A stretch of DNA of 64,000 bases from Macrostomum lignano. Lineage: Eukaryota. The position numbers were made by a program, and so were the translations under genes. Positions 13,029 through 26,115 of this stretch are shown here, piece after piece. The notes beneath the pieces were generated by a model, which saw only the letters and a list, made by a program, of their open reading frames with translations, searched no databases and was not told the origin of the DNA. Position 1 is the first letter of the stretch. The number at the start of each line of letters is the position of its first letter. The stretch spans positions 496,001 to 560,000 of the forward strand of contig NIVC01000059.1 of NCBI GenBank assembly GCA_002269645.1. Reading direction: 5' to 3'.

Positions 13029-13753
13029 CTATATATGTAATTAGCATATCTTTCATAACAAGATTTGCATGTCATCTAAAAATTTATAGTTAACTATTTT
13101 TACATGTGTTATTTATTTTGTTTGTTAGGCCTATTAATATTTAAAAGAAATGTGAACCTATAATATAGGCCTAATATTTGAATATCCAATTGAAAACAAT
13201 TTTAACATGTACCATTTTCTAGGTAGCATGATTGTTTCTTTAAATAGATTAGACCTATATTTTCTTTAATATGTTGTAGGGTTTTTTCAATTATAGCTTA
13301 TTTCATACTTTGTTACCAAATTTGTTATAGGCCTCTTAGCTCTTTGTTGAAAGTTACACTGCTGCTATCAAATTTTGTTGCAGGGGTCAGGGTTATTAAC
13401 TTTTATTTTGTTACAGATTCAAGAATTATCACAGAGGAGTTTCTTAGAATTTGGGGAGTAATATGCAATTTCTACTACTAAAATGAGTAAGCCTGAGTTT
13501 GCTCCTAGTGGTATGGTGTCCGAGTAGCAAGACATTGTCTATAACTCTATTAGCTAATATTAGTCCAAGGGAGGGCTACGTGATAGATCAGAGTTGCCTG
13601 GGAAACAGGGTGCACTAATGGGGAATTTCAATAACTAAAAGGGAATGCTGACATGGAGGATAATGCACTTAATAGGTAATTGGATAAGGGCAAGGAGCCT
13701 AACAGTTGGGAGTTAAGTAAGCAAGGAAAGCCTAATGGGATAGAGAGGCAGAG

Positions 13754-14050
13754 CCTGATTGCAGCGCATGGGCATTTTGGCAGACGGCGTCCGGCGCGGA
13801 TCAGCCTGCGCGGCGCAGCATTGGTGGTGGACCAGGGGTAAGTCGCAAAAATGCCACCCCATAGAATACGGGCATAGTACTAATTAGATGCCGAGGCATT
13901 TAGGCTTGATAAGACAGTCATAGTTACTCCTGCCGTTTACCCAAAACTGCATTTATTTTGCTTTAGGGTTTCTTTCACAGGTAAGTCATTTCACAGCGTG
14001 GCGCAGGTTGTGTAGGCATCTGGCGTACTTAAGCCATGCGCTGCAATAGG
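13754..14050. mobile_element. Mutator(MULE)-like MITE
   Basis: TIRs CCTGATTGCAGCGCATGG / CCATGCGCTGCAAT-AGG. Perfect 9-bp TSD GAGGCAGAG at 13745-13753 and 14051-14059. The superfamily call rests on TSD length only. Confidence 0.7.
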
Positions 14051-14291
14051 GAGGCAGAGTACCTAATATTAAGGGAAGGGTCTATAGATAGGCAAAGGCC
14101 TGGGTAGACAGTGAATCTGGATAAAGAGTTGGCAGATTGCCAGGTTAGACTAAAAATCTAGGAGAAGGGGAGGGGGAAGGCAATTACCTGGGAAGGGACT
14201 GTACATTCTTTTGGGGAGAAAAATAAGGGGTGAATAGGACACTGTTCTCCCCGGCGGAGTGCTTGTGGGGAAAGGAAAAGCAGCCGGGCAC

Positions 14292-14686
14292 TAGAGGTCG
14301 GACGGGATTGAAATCTTTGGGTGGGATCGGGATCGGGAATAATTTTTTTCTCGGGATCGGGATCAGGATTTCGGGAATCGGGATCAGGTCTTTTAGTGTA
14401 TTGTCCATGTAAAGTTAAACAAAATTGAGAAAAGATTGTCAAGATCAAGAAGTAAAACACAATGAAATTGATATAAAGTTTTGTAACCAACAAAGTAAAT
14501 AATGTAACGAGTACAAGTTAAAGCAAAATACCTTCAAGTAATCACTAATTCTATAAATTATTTAATCAAAAGACCTGTTCCCGAATCTCGAGTTTTTTAG
14601 GGTCGGGATTCTCGTCCCGCGGGAATTCAATTTTCCTTGGGATCCCGAGATTTCGGGATCGGGATCGGGATCCCGTCCGACCTCTA
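14292..14686. mobile_element. hAT MITE
   Basis: Perfect 16-bp TIR TAGAGGTCGGACGGGA. Perfect 8-bp TSD CCGGGCAC (14284-14291 / 14687-14694). Subterminal CGGGAT repeats at both ends. Confidence 0.92.
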
Positions 14687-16144
14687 CCGGGCACTCCTAT
14701 TGTACAGTGGGCTTCATCAAGCAAATTGTACTGTTCATTAGTCAAAGCCAGGCTAACAGGAAACAAGTTAGCTAGGAAGCACCAAGAGGTGAAACACAAG
14801 AAAAAGCAAGCGCAAGTTGCTTTCTACTATGTATTTTTACCTATATATATATAAATTCTAGCAAAAATGGTGGACTATTTTAAACAAAGTTTTATAAACA
14901 GAAAAGTAGTGGGAAACATACGGTACTACAATGGTTTACTTTGCAAAAACTGATTCATTTTTAAGGCGTATAAGAATATTAATAATGAAGATGGTAACTA
15001 TATGTTAAAACAGAGAATTTTAATAATGAGGCAACTAGGCAAATAGGCAAATAAGTCTATAAATATACATTTTAAGGCATGCAAGAATTTAGTGACAAAA
15101 TGAATAAAAGATAGATTTCATATACTATAAAAAAGAAAAGAAAATAGCGCTGATACAAATATTAATCTATTATTTATTTAATGGGTGATTGATAGATAGG
15201 GCCTAGCTGGGTTATTAAAAATATAAACAGAATTGTAGGAATTATTATTTTTAGATACATTGATATTTTGAATAACAATATATTAGTTGTCAGTTATCAC
15301 TATGTGACAAATTCCAGTTTATTATTGATTTTGAACAATATCAATATGTAAAAGAATAATTAGTATGTTTTTGCAAACAAGAGTGGCAGACAAACTGGTA
15401 GCAGAAAAATGACTATCAACCAATAATATAGGTCTTCTAATATAAATTATAAAAGTTTTTTGAAAATAAAAGTTCATCAATTATTTAAAAGTAGAATAGC
15501 CAAAAACTATAACAAGGCCTATAAAAGTTAGTTGTGGCCAAAATACATTAATGGGCTATGAAAGATTTTTTTATTTTTAGCTATAGCTAATAGCATAATC
15601 TAATTTCTTTTTTATAGTATATATAATTCTGATTATTCAAAGTTGTTTTTAACCAAGGCAACAAAGCAAACATATTGAAAAAGTAAAGAAAATTAGAATT
15701 TTTTCAAAATTTTATACATCTATATATATTACATAAGGCCTATGTAATATGTAAGGTTGGTTTAAAGTAAAAAGGTCATATATAGTTTTAGTTCAGGTTG
15801 TATATATACAACTTATTATCCAATTATACTTTTAATATAATATTAGAAACTATTGTAACTTTGATCTATATATTTAGAATATGAGAAGTGTTTTTGTAAT
15901 TATTATGCATAAAGTATAAAGCAGTTTGATATTAATTTTTAAATTTGATTTTTTGCAAAGTATATATATTATAAGCTATCATACATGTGCAAAAGTTGGC
16001 CAATCCAGCTGACCAATTTGGTAGCCAACCAAGGTAACTCGCAAAAATTGTAATACTGTCAGTCTGTAATACTGTCAGTCTGTAATACTGTCAGTCTAAT
16101 ACTGTCAGTCTGTAGCCCACTGCCCACCTGAATAAATACCCAAG

Positions 16145-16257
16145 TAGCACTAAGTAGATAATGAGGCATTTTGCCTTAATAAGACAGTCAAAGTTACTCC
16201 TGCCATTTATCCAAAGTTGCATTAAGTTGCTTTAGGGTTTCTTTTACATGTAAGTCA
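16145..16257 (+). repeat. Dispersed repeat related to the interior of the 13754-14050 MITE
   Basis: Collinear similarity to 13875-13988 (..GAGGCATT..TAAGACAGTCA.AGTTACTCCTGCC..GCTTTAGGGTTTC..GTAAGTCA), roughly 80% by eye. Confidence 0.7.
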
Positions 16258-17019
16258 CATTTTTGGCCAAAAACTATGTCACATTTTTTCTTAAAACTAA
16301 GTCGCATGGCCTTAGTTTACATGCACATACATACATGCGCAACCTCCAAATTTTGGAGGTTTTGCATGCATGTAAGCTATAGTCTTTTTTGTTAGACTAA
16401 CACTAGAATTTTTTAGTATGCCTGGTCTTAAATAAAAAATAAAATCAATTGGCATAAAAATGTATGATTTTAGTATAATTGTATATCTTCTAGTTTTCCT
16501 TAGTTTCATAAAGAGATATATGAATAACAACATAGTAAAGATTTTAAATCTTGCCACAACTTTTACATAAAAAAAACTGTTCAAGAAAATTTTAGATCAC
16601 TTTCCTCCAGGACAAGCCTAAGCATAAAAATGAACTATAGTTTATAAGTGAAGCTAGGTTTCTTATTATTGCTATAGTAAAGCAGGTATACATAGACTAA
16701 CTGATAGTCTAAGCATGTTGTCCATAATCCGTTGAAAACAATACCATGACAAGAGTCGCTAAAAATTCGTTGCAAACAACTCTCTAGTGACTCTAGCGCG
16801 TCTGGGGCGACTTGTGACTTTTTAACGACTCAAACGCGTCAAATGTGATGGAGAGGTGACTGTTGCATCACAAGCGCGTCACCTGAGTTGTAGAAGCGTA
16901 AGAGTCGCAAATAAGTCGTCCAAGAATCGTTGTGCTGGCGCTTAACTTTCTACTAACTCAGTAGGCTAGTGAAAGTGCAATCATGCTTGGGCGCAACCTA
17001 GGGATTCACCCGGCCGTTT

Positions 17020-17119
17020 CTATTGGCAACACACACACACGTAAGTTGCTATTGGACAGAATAGTAGTCACGTGACTGCTCTCAGCCAATAGCGACTTAC
17101 ATGTGTGTGTTGCCAATAG
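17020..17119. repeat. About 100-bp imperfect palindrome centred on AGTCACGTGACT, with inverted CCAAT boxes
   Basis: CTATTGGCAACACACAC..GTAAGTTGCTATTGG pairs with CCAATAGCGACTTAC..GTGTGTGTTGCCAATAG. Lies about 750 bp upstream of the UBE2S ATG. Confidence 0.8.
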
Positions 17120-17866
17120 TAACGTCCTGGAGTCACTTGTGTCGCCCCAGAGTCGTTTCAGATGCGTGGCAGATGCCATAGGTCAAATAGGAAAGAAGAG
17201 ATTCTAAAAGCCTCTAAAACAACAAGATGTCGCGGTTAAGCCATGAGGCTGGACAGGCAAACAAAGCGGCGTTTGGCGAGCAAGAGGCTGCAACAGCCTG
17301 TCTATTTTTGCCGCCACGCGGCAAAAAGCGCTCTCGCCACTCTTTGCACTTATTTTTTGAACGAAATAAAAAAATAAAATTGCTGGTAACTTTTGCAGTT
17401 TAATGGACACATACAAGTCGCCCAAAAGTCGCAGAAGAAGCGCTTAAGCGTCACTGTAAAATCGTTAGTGCATCACTTCTCAGTCGATGAGCATGCATTT
17501 TCTATTCGCCCAGAAATTAAGATCCAACAGTCTGTTTAAGGCCGGTAGTAACAACTCTGTAACGCGTCCAGAGCTAATGTTATTGCTAGTCCAAATTAAT
17601 GCTTAAATATATAAATAATATTAGTATTTGGCATTTGGAGTACAAATTCAGGATTCCAAAATTAAATTTGATGTATTTTGTGATGTACAATACGCCGCAA
17701 AGACCAAACAAACAAAAAAATTAATGCATGACTTTATAAATTCATGAACTTCTAAACTGCTTTCAGTGGATAGCACACACCCGTCAGTCCAAGTCGAGAT
17801 TAGATTTTATTATTAATCAATTTTTTTCCAACAAAGCTGGTCAAAACGGGGCATCCGGAGGTCACA

Positions 17867-20637
17867 ATGGAGAACTGCTCGCCAAGCGTAATGAAGCGCC
17901 TGAGCAAAGAGGTTCGCGATCTTGTCCAGCAGCCGCCTGAAGGTATCCGAGTGCACTTTGACGATGCCAAGCTCACTGACATTCACGCCGTTATCGATGG
18001 CCCGGTGGACACCCCTTACTGTGGCGGCAGGTTCCACATTCGCCTAGTGATGGGGCACAGCTTCCCACAGGAACCGCCGAAGGGCTACTTTCTGACTAAA
18101 ATCTTTCACCCGAACATAGCCACTCCGTCTGGCGAGATTTGTGTGAATACTATCAAACGGGATTGGACACCGGACACTGGTCTGCGACACCTGCTGCTGG
18201 TTATTAAGTGTCTGCTTATTGTGCCGAATGCCGAGTCTGCACTCAATCAGGTGATCCATCATTCACTGCGTTGTCTTAGATGGCTTTTTAAATATTTTAT
18301 AAGATTTACTGCTAGATTTTCTGAGATCTACCGTCCGTGAGATTTTTCTGAAATCTAGCGTGAGATTTTCTTATATCTACCGTGAGATTTTGTGAGATCT
18401 GCTGTGAGATTTTGTGAGATCTGCTGTGAGATTTTGTGAGATCTGCTGTGAGATTTTCTGAGATCTAGTGGGAGATTGTCTAAGATCTATTGTGAGCTTT
18501 TCTTGGATCCAGTGTGAAATATTATTGGATCCAGTGTGAAATATTCTTGGATCCAGTGTGAAATATTATTGGATCCAGTGTGAGATTTTCTGAGATCTAG
18601 TGTGAGATTTTCTTGGATCCAGTGTGAGATTTTTTTAAGATGCTGTGAGACTTTCTGAGATATGCCGTCTGTAAGATTTTCTAAGATCCAATGTGAGATC
18701 GTCTGAGATGTAGCGTGAGATTTTCTTAGATCTACCGTGAGATTTTGTGAGATGTGCTGCATGAAATTTTCTTAGATATACCGTGAAATTTTCTGATATC
18801 TACTGTGAGAGTTTTCTCTGTGAGATTTTTCTTGTGCGGTGAAATCTTAGAAAGTTTTCGCACAACGAATCTAACGAATTATCTTAGTAACGATGAACAG
18901 TGTGCAATAAAAAATATAACACCCGTGTCTACTCATAACAAGTAGTATAAGTCTGCAATCTAACATCGTGTTAGAATTTCAACCATTTTTCTCTGCCTGT
19001 TTTGCGCAGGAGGCTGGCCGGCTTCTGCTAGAAGACTACGCTGAGTACTTTTCCAGGGCGCGCCTGTTCACAGAGGTTCACGCCTTGCAGAATCCCGCTG
19101 TTGCCGCTGGGTTCGAGCCGATGGAGGCCGGCGACAATGCCGTGTAATTGAACGTTCTTGTTTCGTCTTTTTCTGATTCCTATTATCCCGGATCTATCGG
19201 GGATGAGTGATAATTGATCCCATTCTTGTTTATTTGGGATCAGAATTCAGAATCCCCATTTCCATATGGGATTAAAATTCTCATTACTATATGGGATCAG
19301 AATCCCCGTTTATGTTTTTTGCGATTTGAATCCTGATTTCTATATGGATTAGAATCCCTATTCTATATGGGATCAGAGTCCCTAAATATATATGGGATCA
19401 GAATCCCCATTTCTATATGGGATCAGAGTCCCCATTTCTATATGGGATCAGAGTCCCTATTTCTATATGGGATCAGAATCCCTATTTCTATATGGGATCA
19501 GAATCCCCATTTCTATATGGGATCAGAATCCCCATTTCTATATGGGATCAGAATCCCTATTTCTATATGGGATCAGAGTCCCCATTTCTATATGGGATCA
19601 GAATCCCTATTTCTATATGGGATCAGAATCCCCATTTCTATATGAGATCAGAATCCCCATTTCTATATGGGATCAGAATCCCTATTTCTATATGGGATCA
19701 GAATCCCTATTTCTATATGGGATCAGAATCCCCATTTCTATATGGGATCAGAATCCCCATTTCTATATGGGATCAGAATCCCCATTTCTATATGGGATCA
19801 GAATCCCTATTTCTATATGGGATCAGAGTCCCTAAATATATATGGGATCAGAATCCCCATTTCTATATGGGATCAGAGTCCCTAAATATATATGGGATCA
19901 GAATCCCCATTTCTATATGGGATCAGAGTCCCTATTTCTATATGGGATCAGAATCCCTATTTCTATATGGGATCAGAATCCCTATTTCTATATGGGATCA
20001 GAATCCCTATTCTATATGGGATCAGAGTCCCTAAATATATATGGGATCAGAGTCCCTATTTCTATATGGGATCAGAATCCCTATTTCTATATGGGATCAG
20101 AATCCCTATTTCTATATGGGATCAGAATCCCTATTTCTATATGGGATCAGAATCCCCATTTCTATATGGGATCAGAATCCCTATTTCTATATGGGATCAG
20201 AATCCCCATTTCTATATGGGATCAGAATCCCCAATTCTCTGTGAAATCAGAATCCATTTTCCCTATGGCACCAGAACCCCATTTTTTGATATGGAATCAG
20301 AATCCCCATTTTTATATGGGATCAGAATCCCCATTTCTATATGGGATCAGAATCCCCTATTCTAAATGGGTTCAGAATCCCCATTTCTATATGGGATCAG
20401 AATCCCTAATTCTCTGTGGGATCAGAATCCTCATTTCTATTTTGTATCAGAATCCTCATTTGATTTCTATAATTCACTCGAAAATCCTGCAGACTTCGTG
20501 ACGCCAACGACAACGCCATTGCCTCAGTTGCCGCCTCTTCCACCACAGCCGGCACATCCGGCTTGGCCAAGCGACCCCTGGCTCAGCCTGTAGGACCTGC
20601 GGCTAAAAAGTCTAAAAAAGCTTTGAAACGTCTGTGA
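17867..20637 (+). CDS. UBE2S: Ubiquitin-conjugating enzyme E2 S, 220 aa
   Basis: Exons 17867-18250, 19010-19143, 20493-20637, all GT-AG and phase-consistent (663 nt). UBC core FHPNIA..GEICVNTIKRDW, NQEAGRLLLEDY, and the diagnostic basic C-terminal tail AAKKSKKALKRL*. Confidence 0.95.
18310..18840. repeat. Degenerate about 19-20-bp minisatellite (GTGAGATTTT..AGATCT) in UBE2S intron 1
   Basis: Direct reading. Confidence 0.85.
19345..20460. repeat. 25-bp minisatellite TTCTATATGGGATCAGAATCCCCAT in UBE2S intron 2
   Basis: About 40 copies; explains the MGSESPFLYGIRIP ORFs. Confidence 0.97.
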
Positions 20638-21440
20638 AAGACAGGCATCTTGTTGCCTGTCTGTCTGTCTGTCAGTCAACGTATCTGCCGTATCCTAAAT
20701 TGTGTTTGCAAACCTGTTTGAAAAATGGAAAACATTAAACAAAAATGATGAGCAAAATCCTAATTTGTCAATCAATGCTAATTCATGTTTCATGTGATTT
20801 GATGCTGTAGCTTTATTTCTTGACTTCTTGTTAAGTTCTGTAGCTTAAGAATGCTTTCGCTAAAAAAATTCTCGTCCTTTACTTGCTACTTCTACAAGTA
20901 TTATTTGTGCAGATATTGATTGCGCAATAAGTCTGAGTTTTTTTTGAGTTGAAGTTGGAGAGAAAAATCGCTTGTTGGTTTTCTTGCCTTTACTCTCATT
21001 CTGTTCTGTGACAATGAATTGCAGTAACACAGCCTATGCTTTTACTATTAATAAAATAGCTATTGAATGCAAACATTGCGTTCATTCTGACAGAACTGCA
21101 TTAAAAATACTTTTCAATTTTCTTTTTCTCTACTTTAAGTAGCTTATTATATTCAGTAAGAAAAAAGAAAAAAACTTGCCGATATGTTGAGTAAATAACA
21201 TTGTAGAGGAGTCATTTTTAGTACAGAGGAAATAGCTTAACTACTAAACTACTACCTATTAAGTAGTAAGTACGAGTAAATACAATAGTTTACGTTATAG
21301 AACTAATTAGATGACGAGGTAATTGCGTTATAAAATGCTGTAATAATTTACTCCGGCTTTTTATCTATGTTAATAATTATTTTAACCGTTTGCGTATACA
21401 CTACTAGATCCATAGTAGTTGAAAAGCACATTGTTATCCA

Positions 21441-22859
21441 ATGCATGCGGCCATGTCTACGTCGCCAGCCAATCCCGACGAAGATCCGCTCCTGCAGCAG
21501 TTGAACCGCCTGCTGGACATTCAGCAGAGCGCAGGCCTGCTAGCTCAGCTGGCCAACGCTAAAACCGACGCTGAGAAGGAGCGAATCCTCTTTGCCAGGG
21601 TGCTCCGGCCGCAGCTGGCCTTGCCGCCTTCCTTTACTTCGCCCCACATGCCGCCATTGAGTCCCGAGGAGCGTCGAGTTCGCGTAGTGATGGACAGTTG
21701 CGCTTTCAAAGCCTGTCTGTCCTGTGTAGCCGGCGGTGCTCTGGGCGCCTTCTTTGGCCTGTTCACTGCCAGCATTGATCCCATGTCCACTGTGGTGCCC
21801 GGCGCCGAGACTCCCAGCACTAGACAGGTGCGTTGCCTGATAACTGCTGTATTTTTTATTCCTTATGATCCTTTATGACCCTTCATGATTCTTTATGACC
21901 CTTTTTGATCATTTTATAACCCTTTATAGTCCTATATGGCCCTTTACGATCATATTATGTCCCTTTATGATCATTTATGATCCTTTATGACCCTTTTTGA
22001 TCCTTTATGACCCTTTTTTGATCCTTTTATGACCCGTTATGACCTTTCATGATCTTTTATGAAGCCTAATGATCCTCTATGACCCTACATAATCCTTTAT
22101 GACCATTATGATCCTTTATGGCTCTTAATGATCATGAATGATCCCTTGTGACCCTTCATCATGCTTTATGACCCTTTTTAATCCTCTATGACTTTTCATG
22201 ATCCTTTATGACCCTTCATCATCATCATTTATGACCCTTTTTGATCCGTTATGATCCTTCGTGATCCTTCATGGCGTTTTCATCCTTCATCCTTCATCCT
22301 GCATGAGTATTCACGACATTTTGAAATCCTTCATATTCTAACCCTTCATGACCCTAATGATCCTTTATGGCCATTCATGATCTGTTATGTTCCTTCGTTA
22401 TCGTTTTGACCCCTCATGATCCTTTATGACCCTTCATGAATTTTTATAATCCTTATTGATTCTTTATGACTCTTTTTGATTCTTTATGACCCTTCGATCA
22501 TTTCTTGATTATCTAATACTGTTCTTGTTTAATTCAATGACTTTAGATCTTTAATTACACGCACTATCGTACCTATTCACGATCCTAATTTAACAAATAA
22601 CGCGCAGGTACTACGCGAAATGGGCAGCCGAATGGTGTCCTATGGCAAGAATTTCGCAGTACTAGGCATCATGTTTGCTTCCACGGAATGCGCTCTAGAG
22701 GTGGTGCGCGCTAAAAACGATTTGCTCAATGGCACTGGCGCCGGCGCCATCGTTGGCGGCGTGCTGGGATTTCGCGCCGGTTTGAAAGCCGCAGGCGCAG
22801 GGGCCGCCGGTTTTGCCGCCTTCTCCACGGCGATTGACTGGTATATGAAGCATAGGTAG
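21441..22859 (+). CDS. TIMM22: Mitochondrial inner membrane translocase subunit Tim22, about 212 aa
   Basis: Exons 21441-21827 and 22608-22859, phase 0 (CAG|GTGCGT, CGCAG|GTA). Motifs [71 protein letters not shown]. Alternative start at 21453. Confidence 0.93.
21860..22500. repeat. Degenerate ATGATCCTTT/ATGACCCTT minisatellite in the TIM22 intron
   Basis: Direct reading. Confidence 0.85.
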
Positions 22860-22912
22860 AGCCTGTAGTGCGGCCTGCGCTGTGTTTGATTTGTATTGCT
22901 TAGTGTTCGGTT

Positions 22913-23500
22913 GGGGAATTCCCCAGTGATTTTCTTAATTGCCTTGCTGACTCAAATGTTTTGGAATTCCTTTGGTGATGGTTAGGGAATTCCCTTGGTG
23001 ATTTTTAATTAAGGAATTCCCTTGGTGATTTCCCATTAGGGAATTCCCTTAGTAATTTCCCGTTACGGAATTCCCTTGGTGATTTCCCGTTACGGAATTC
23101 CCTTGGTGATTTCCCGTTAGGGAATTCCCTTGGTGATTTCCCGTTACGGAATTCCCTTGGTGATTTCCCGTTAGGGAATTCCCTTGGTGATTTCTGATTA
23201 GGGAATTCCCTTGGTGATTTCCCGTTAGGGAATTCCCTTGGTGATTTCCCGTTAGGGAATTCCCTTGGTGATTTCTGATTAGGGAATTCCCTTGGTGATT
23301 TCCAGTTAGGGAATTCCCTTGGTGATTTCCCGTTAAGGAATTCCCTTAGTGATTTCTCATTAGGAAATTCCTTTGGTGGTTTCTTATTAGGTAATTCCCT
23401 TGGTGATTTCTGGTTAGGGAATTCTCTTGATGATTTCTCATTAGGGAATTTCTTTGATGATTTTCCGTTAGGGAATTCCCTTGGTGATTTCATGTTAGGA
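22913..23500. repeat. 27-bp minisatellite with GGGAATTCCC palindrome
   Basis: Unit GGGAATTCCCTTGGTGATTTCCCGTTA. Confidence 0.95.
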
Positions 23501-24094
23501 CGATTTCTGTGGTGATTTCACTGGTTGGTAGTCCCGTGGTTATTGCACGTTAGGGATTATCTTGGTAAATACTCTGTTCGGGAATCCTCATTGTTTTTAC
23601 TGTTTAGTTGGGGATTCCTTTGGTAATTCCCTGTTGGGGGATTTTCATTCTGGAGGTGCCCTGTTAGAGAATTCTTTTTGTAGCTTCCTGTTTGAGAAAT
23701 TCCATAGGTTTCCATTAGGGAATCCCTAAATTTCTCATATGGGAGAATCATCGATAGAAGTGCACCAGCTTAATGAATGCACTTGCACTTAATTCATGTT
23801 CAATGTAAATGCTATGAGTAATAGACATCCGTACTTTTCGCTGCAACTTGTTAATACGTATAAAAAGCGTGCATTTTTTATTTCTAGAATTGTTTGTCGC
23901 TATATATCAGTTTTAACAGTACAATATACGAATATTTTACGAGCGTTATTGTCATTCTTTAATTACCTGTGCATCGGTTGGATATGCGATAAGTACCGAT
24001 GCCTCTGTGCATTCATTCATTGGAAATATCTCTAGTTGAAATCGTTCTAAATATTTTATTTGTTCATTTTTACTTGAAAAAAGATTGTAGACAA

Positions 24095-26030
24095 TCTCCC
24101 TCCTGACCCCCCTAGAGAATCGCCCTCCTGACCCCCCTAGAGAATCGCCCTCCTGACCCCCCTAGAGAATCGCTCTCCTGACCTCTCTATAGAATCGCCC
24201 TTCTGACCCCCTTTAGAGAATCGCCATTCTGACCCCCTTTAGAGAATCGCCCTCCTGACCCCCCTAGAGAATCGCCCTCCTGACCCCCCTAGAGAATCGC
24301 CCTCCTGACCCCCCTAGAGAATCGCTCTCCTGACCTCTCTATAGAATCGCCCTTCTGACCCCCTTTAGAGAATCGCCATTCTGACCCCCTTTAGAGAATC
24401 GCCCTCCTGACCCCCTTTAGAGAATCGCCCTCCTGACCCCTTTAGAGAATCGCCCTCCAGACCCCCTAGAGAATCGCCCTCCTGACCCCCTTTAGAGAAT
24501 CGCCCTCCTGACCCCCTTTAGAGAATCGCCCTCCTGACCCCCTTTAGAGAATCGCCCTCCTGACCCCCTTTAGAGAATCGCCCTCCTGACCCCCTTTAGA
24601 GAATCGCCCTCCTGACCACTTTAGAGAATCGCCCTCTAGACCCCCTAGAGAATCGCCTTCCTGACCCCCTTTTAGAGAATCGCCCTCCTGACCCCCTAGA
24701 GAATCGCCCTCAAGGCCCCCTTTAGAGAATCGCCCTAATGACCCCCTTTAGAGAATCGCCCTAATGACCCCCTTTAGAGAATCGCCCTAATGACCCCTTT
24801 AGAGAATCGCCCTAATGACCCCCTTTAGAGAATCGCCCTCCTGACCCGCTAGAGAATCGCCCTCCTGACCCCTTTAGAGAATCGCCCTTATGACCCCCTA
24901 GAGAATCGCCCTCAAGACCCCCTTTAGAGAATCGCCCTAATGACCCCCTAGAGAATCGCCCTCCTGACCCCCTTTAGAAAATCGCCCTCCTGACCCGCTA
25001 GAGAATCGCCCTTCTGACCCCCTTTAGAGAATCGCCCTTATGACCCCCTAGAGAATCGCCCTCCTGACCCCCTTTAGAGAATCGCCCTAATGACCCCCTT
25101 TAGAGAATCGCCCTCCTGTCCCCCTTTAGAGAATCGCCCTCCTGACCCGCTAGAGAATCGCCCTTATGACCCCCTAGAGAATCGCCCTCCTTACCCCCTT
25201 TAGAGAATCGCCCTAATGACCCCCTAGAGAATCGCCCTCCTTACCCCCTTTAGAGAATCGCCCTAATGACCCCCTTTAGAGAATCGCCCTAATGACCCCC
25301 TTTAGAGAATCGCCCTCCTGACCCGCTAGAGAATCGCCCTCCTGACCCCTTTAGAGAATCGCCCTCCTGACCCGCTGGAGAATCGCCCTCCTGACCCGCT
25401 GGAGAATCGCCCTCCTGACCCCTTTAGAGAATCGCCCTCCTGACCCCTTTAGAGAATCGCCCTCCTGACCCGCTAGAGAATCGCCCTCCTGACCCGCTAG
25501 AGAATCGCCCTCCTGACCCGCTAGAGAATCGCCCTCAAGACCCCCTTTAGACAATCGCCCTAATGACCCCCTTTAGAGAATCGCCCTAATGACCCTCTAG
25601 AGAATCGCCCTCCTGACCCGCTAGAGAATCGCCCTCCTGATCCCCTAGAGAATTGCCCTAATGACCCCCTTTAGAGAATCGCCCTCCTGACCCGCTAGAG
25701 AATCGCCCTCCTGACCCCTTTAGAGAATCGCCCTCCTGACCCGCTAGAGACTTGCCCTTATGACCCCCTAGAGAATCGCCCTCCTGACCCCCTTTAGAGA
25801 ATCGCCTTAATGACCCCCTTTAGAGAATCGCCCTCCTAACCCCCTTTAGAGAATCGCCCTCCTGATCCGCTAGAGAATCGCCCTCCTGACCCCTTTAGAG
25901 AATCGCCCTCCTGACCCGCTAGAGAATCGCCCTTATGACCCCCTAGAGAATCGCCCTCAAGACCCCCTTTAGAGAATCGCCCTAATGACCCTCTAGAGAA
26001 TCGCCCTCCTGACCCCCTAGAGAATCGCCT
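24095..26030. repeat. 25-27-bp minisatellite GAGAATCGCCCTCCTGACCCCC(T)TTA directly upstream of CUL4
   Basis: About 1.9 kb, ending about 85 bp before the CUL4 ATG. Confidence 0.97.
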
Positions 26031-26115
26031 CTCTCATAAAAACCCAACCTCTTGTTGCATGCAGCCCAGGGTACACAACAGCAGCATTCAGTGATCAAAC
26101 CTGGCCACCACCACA

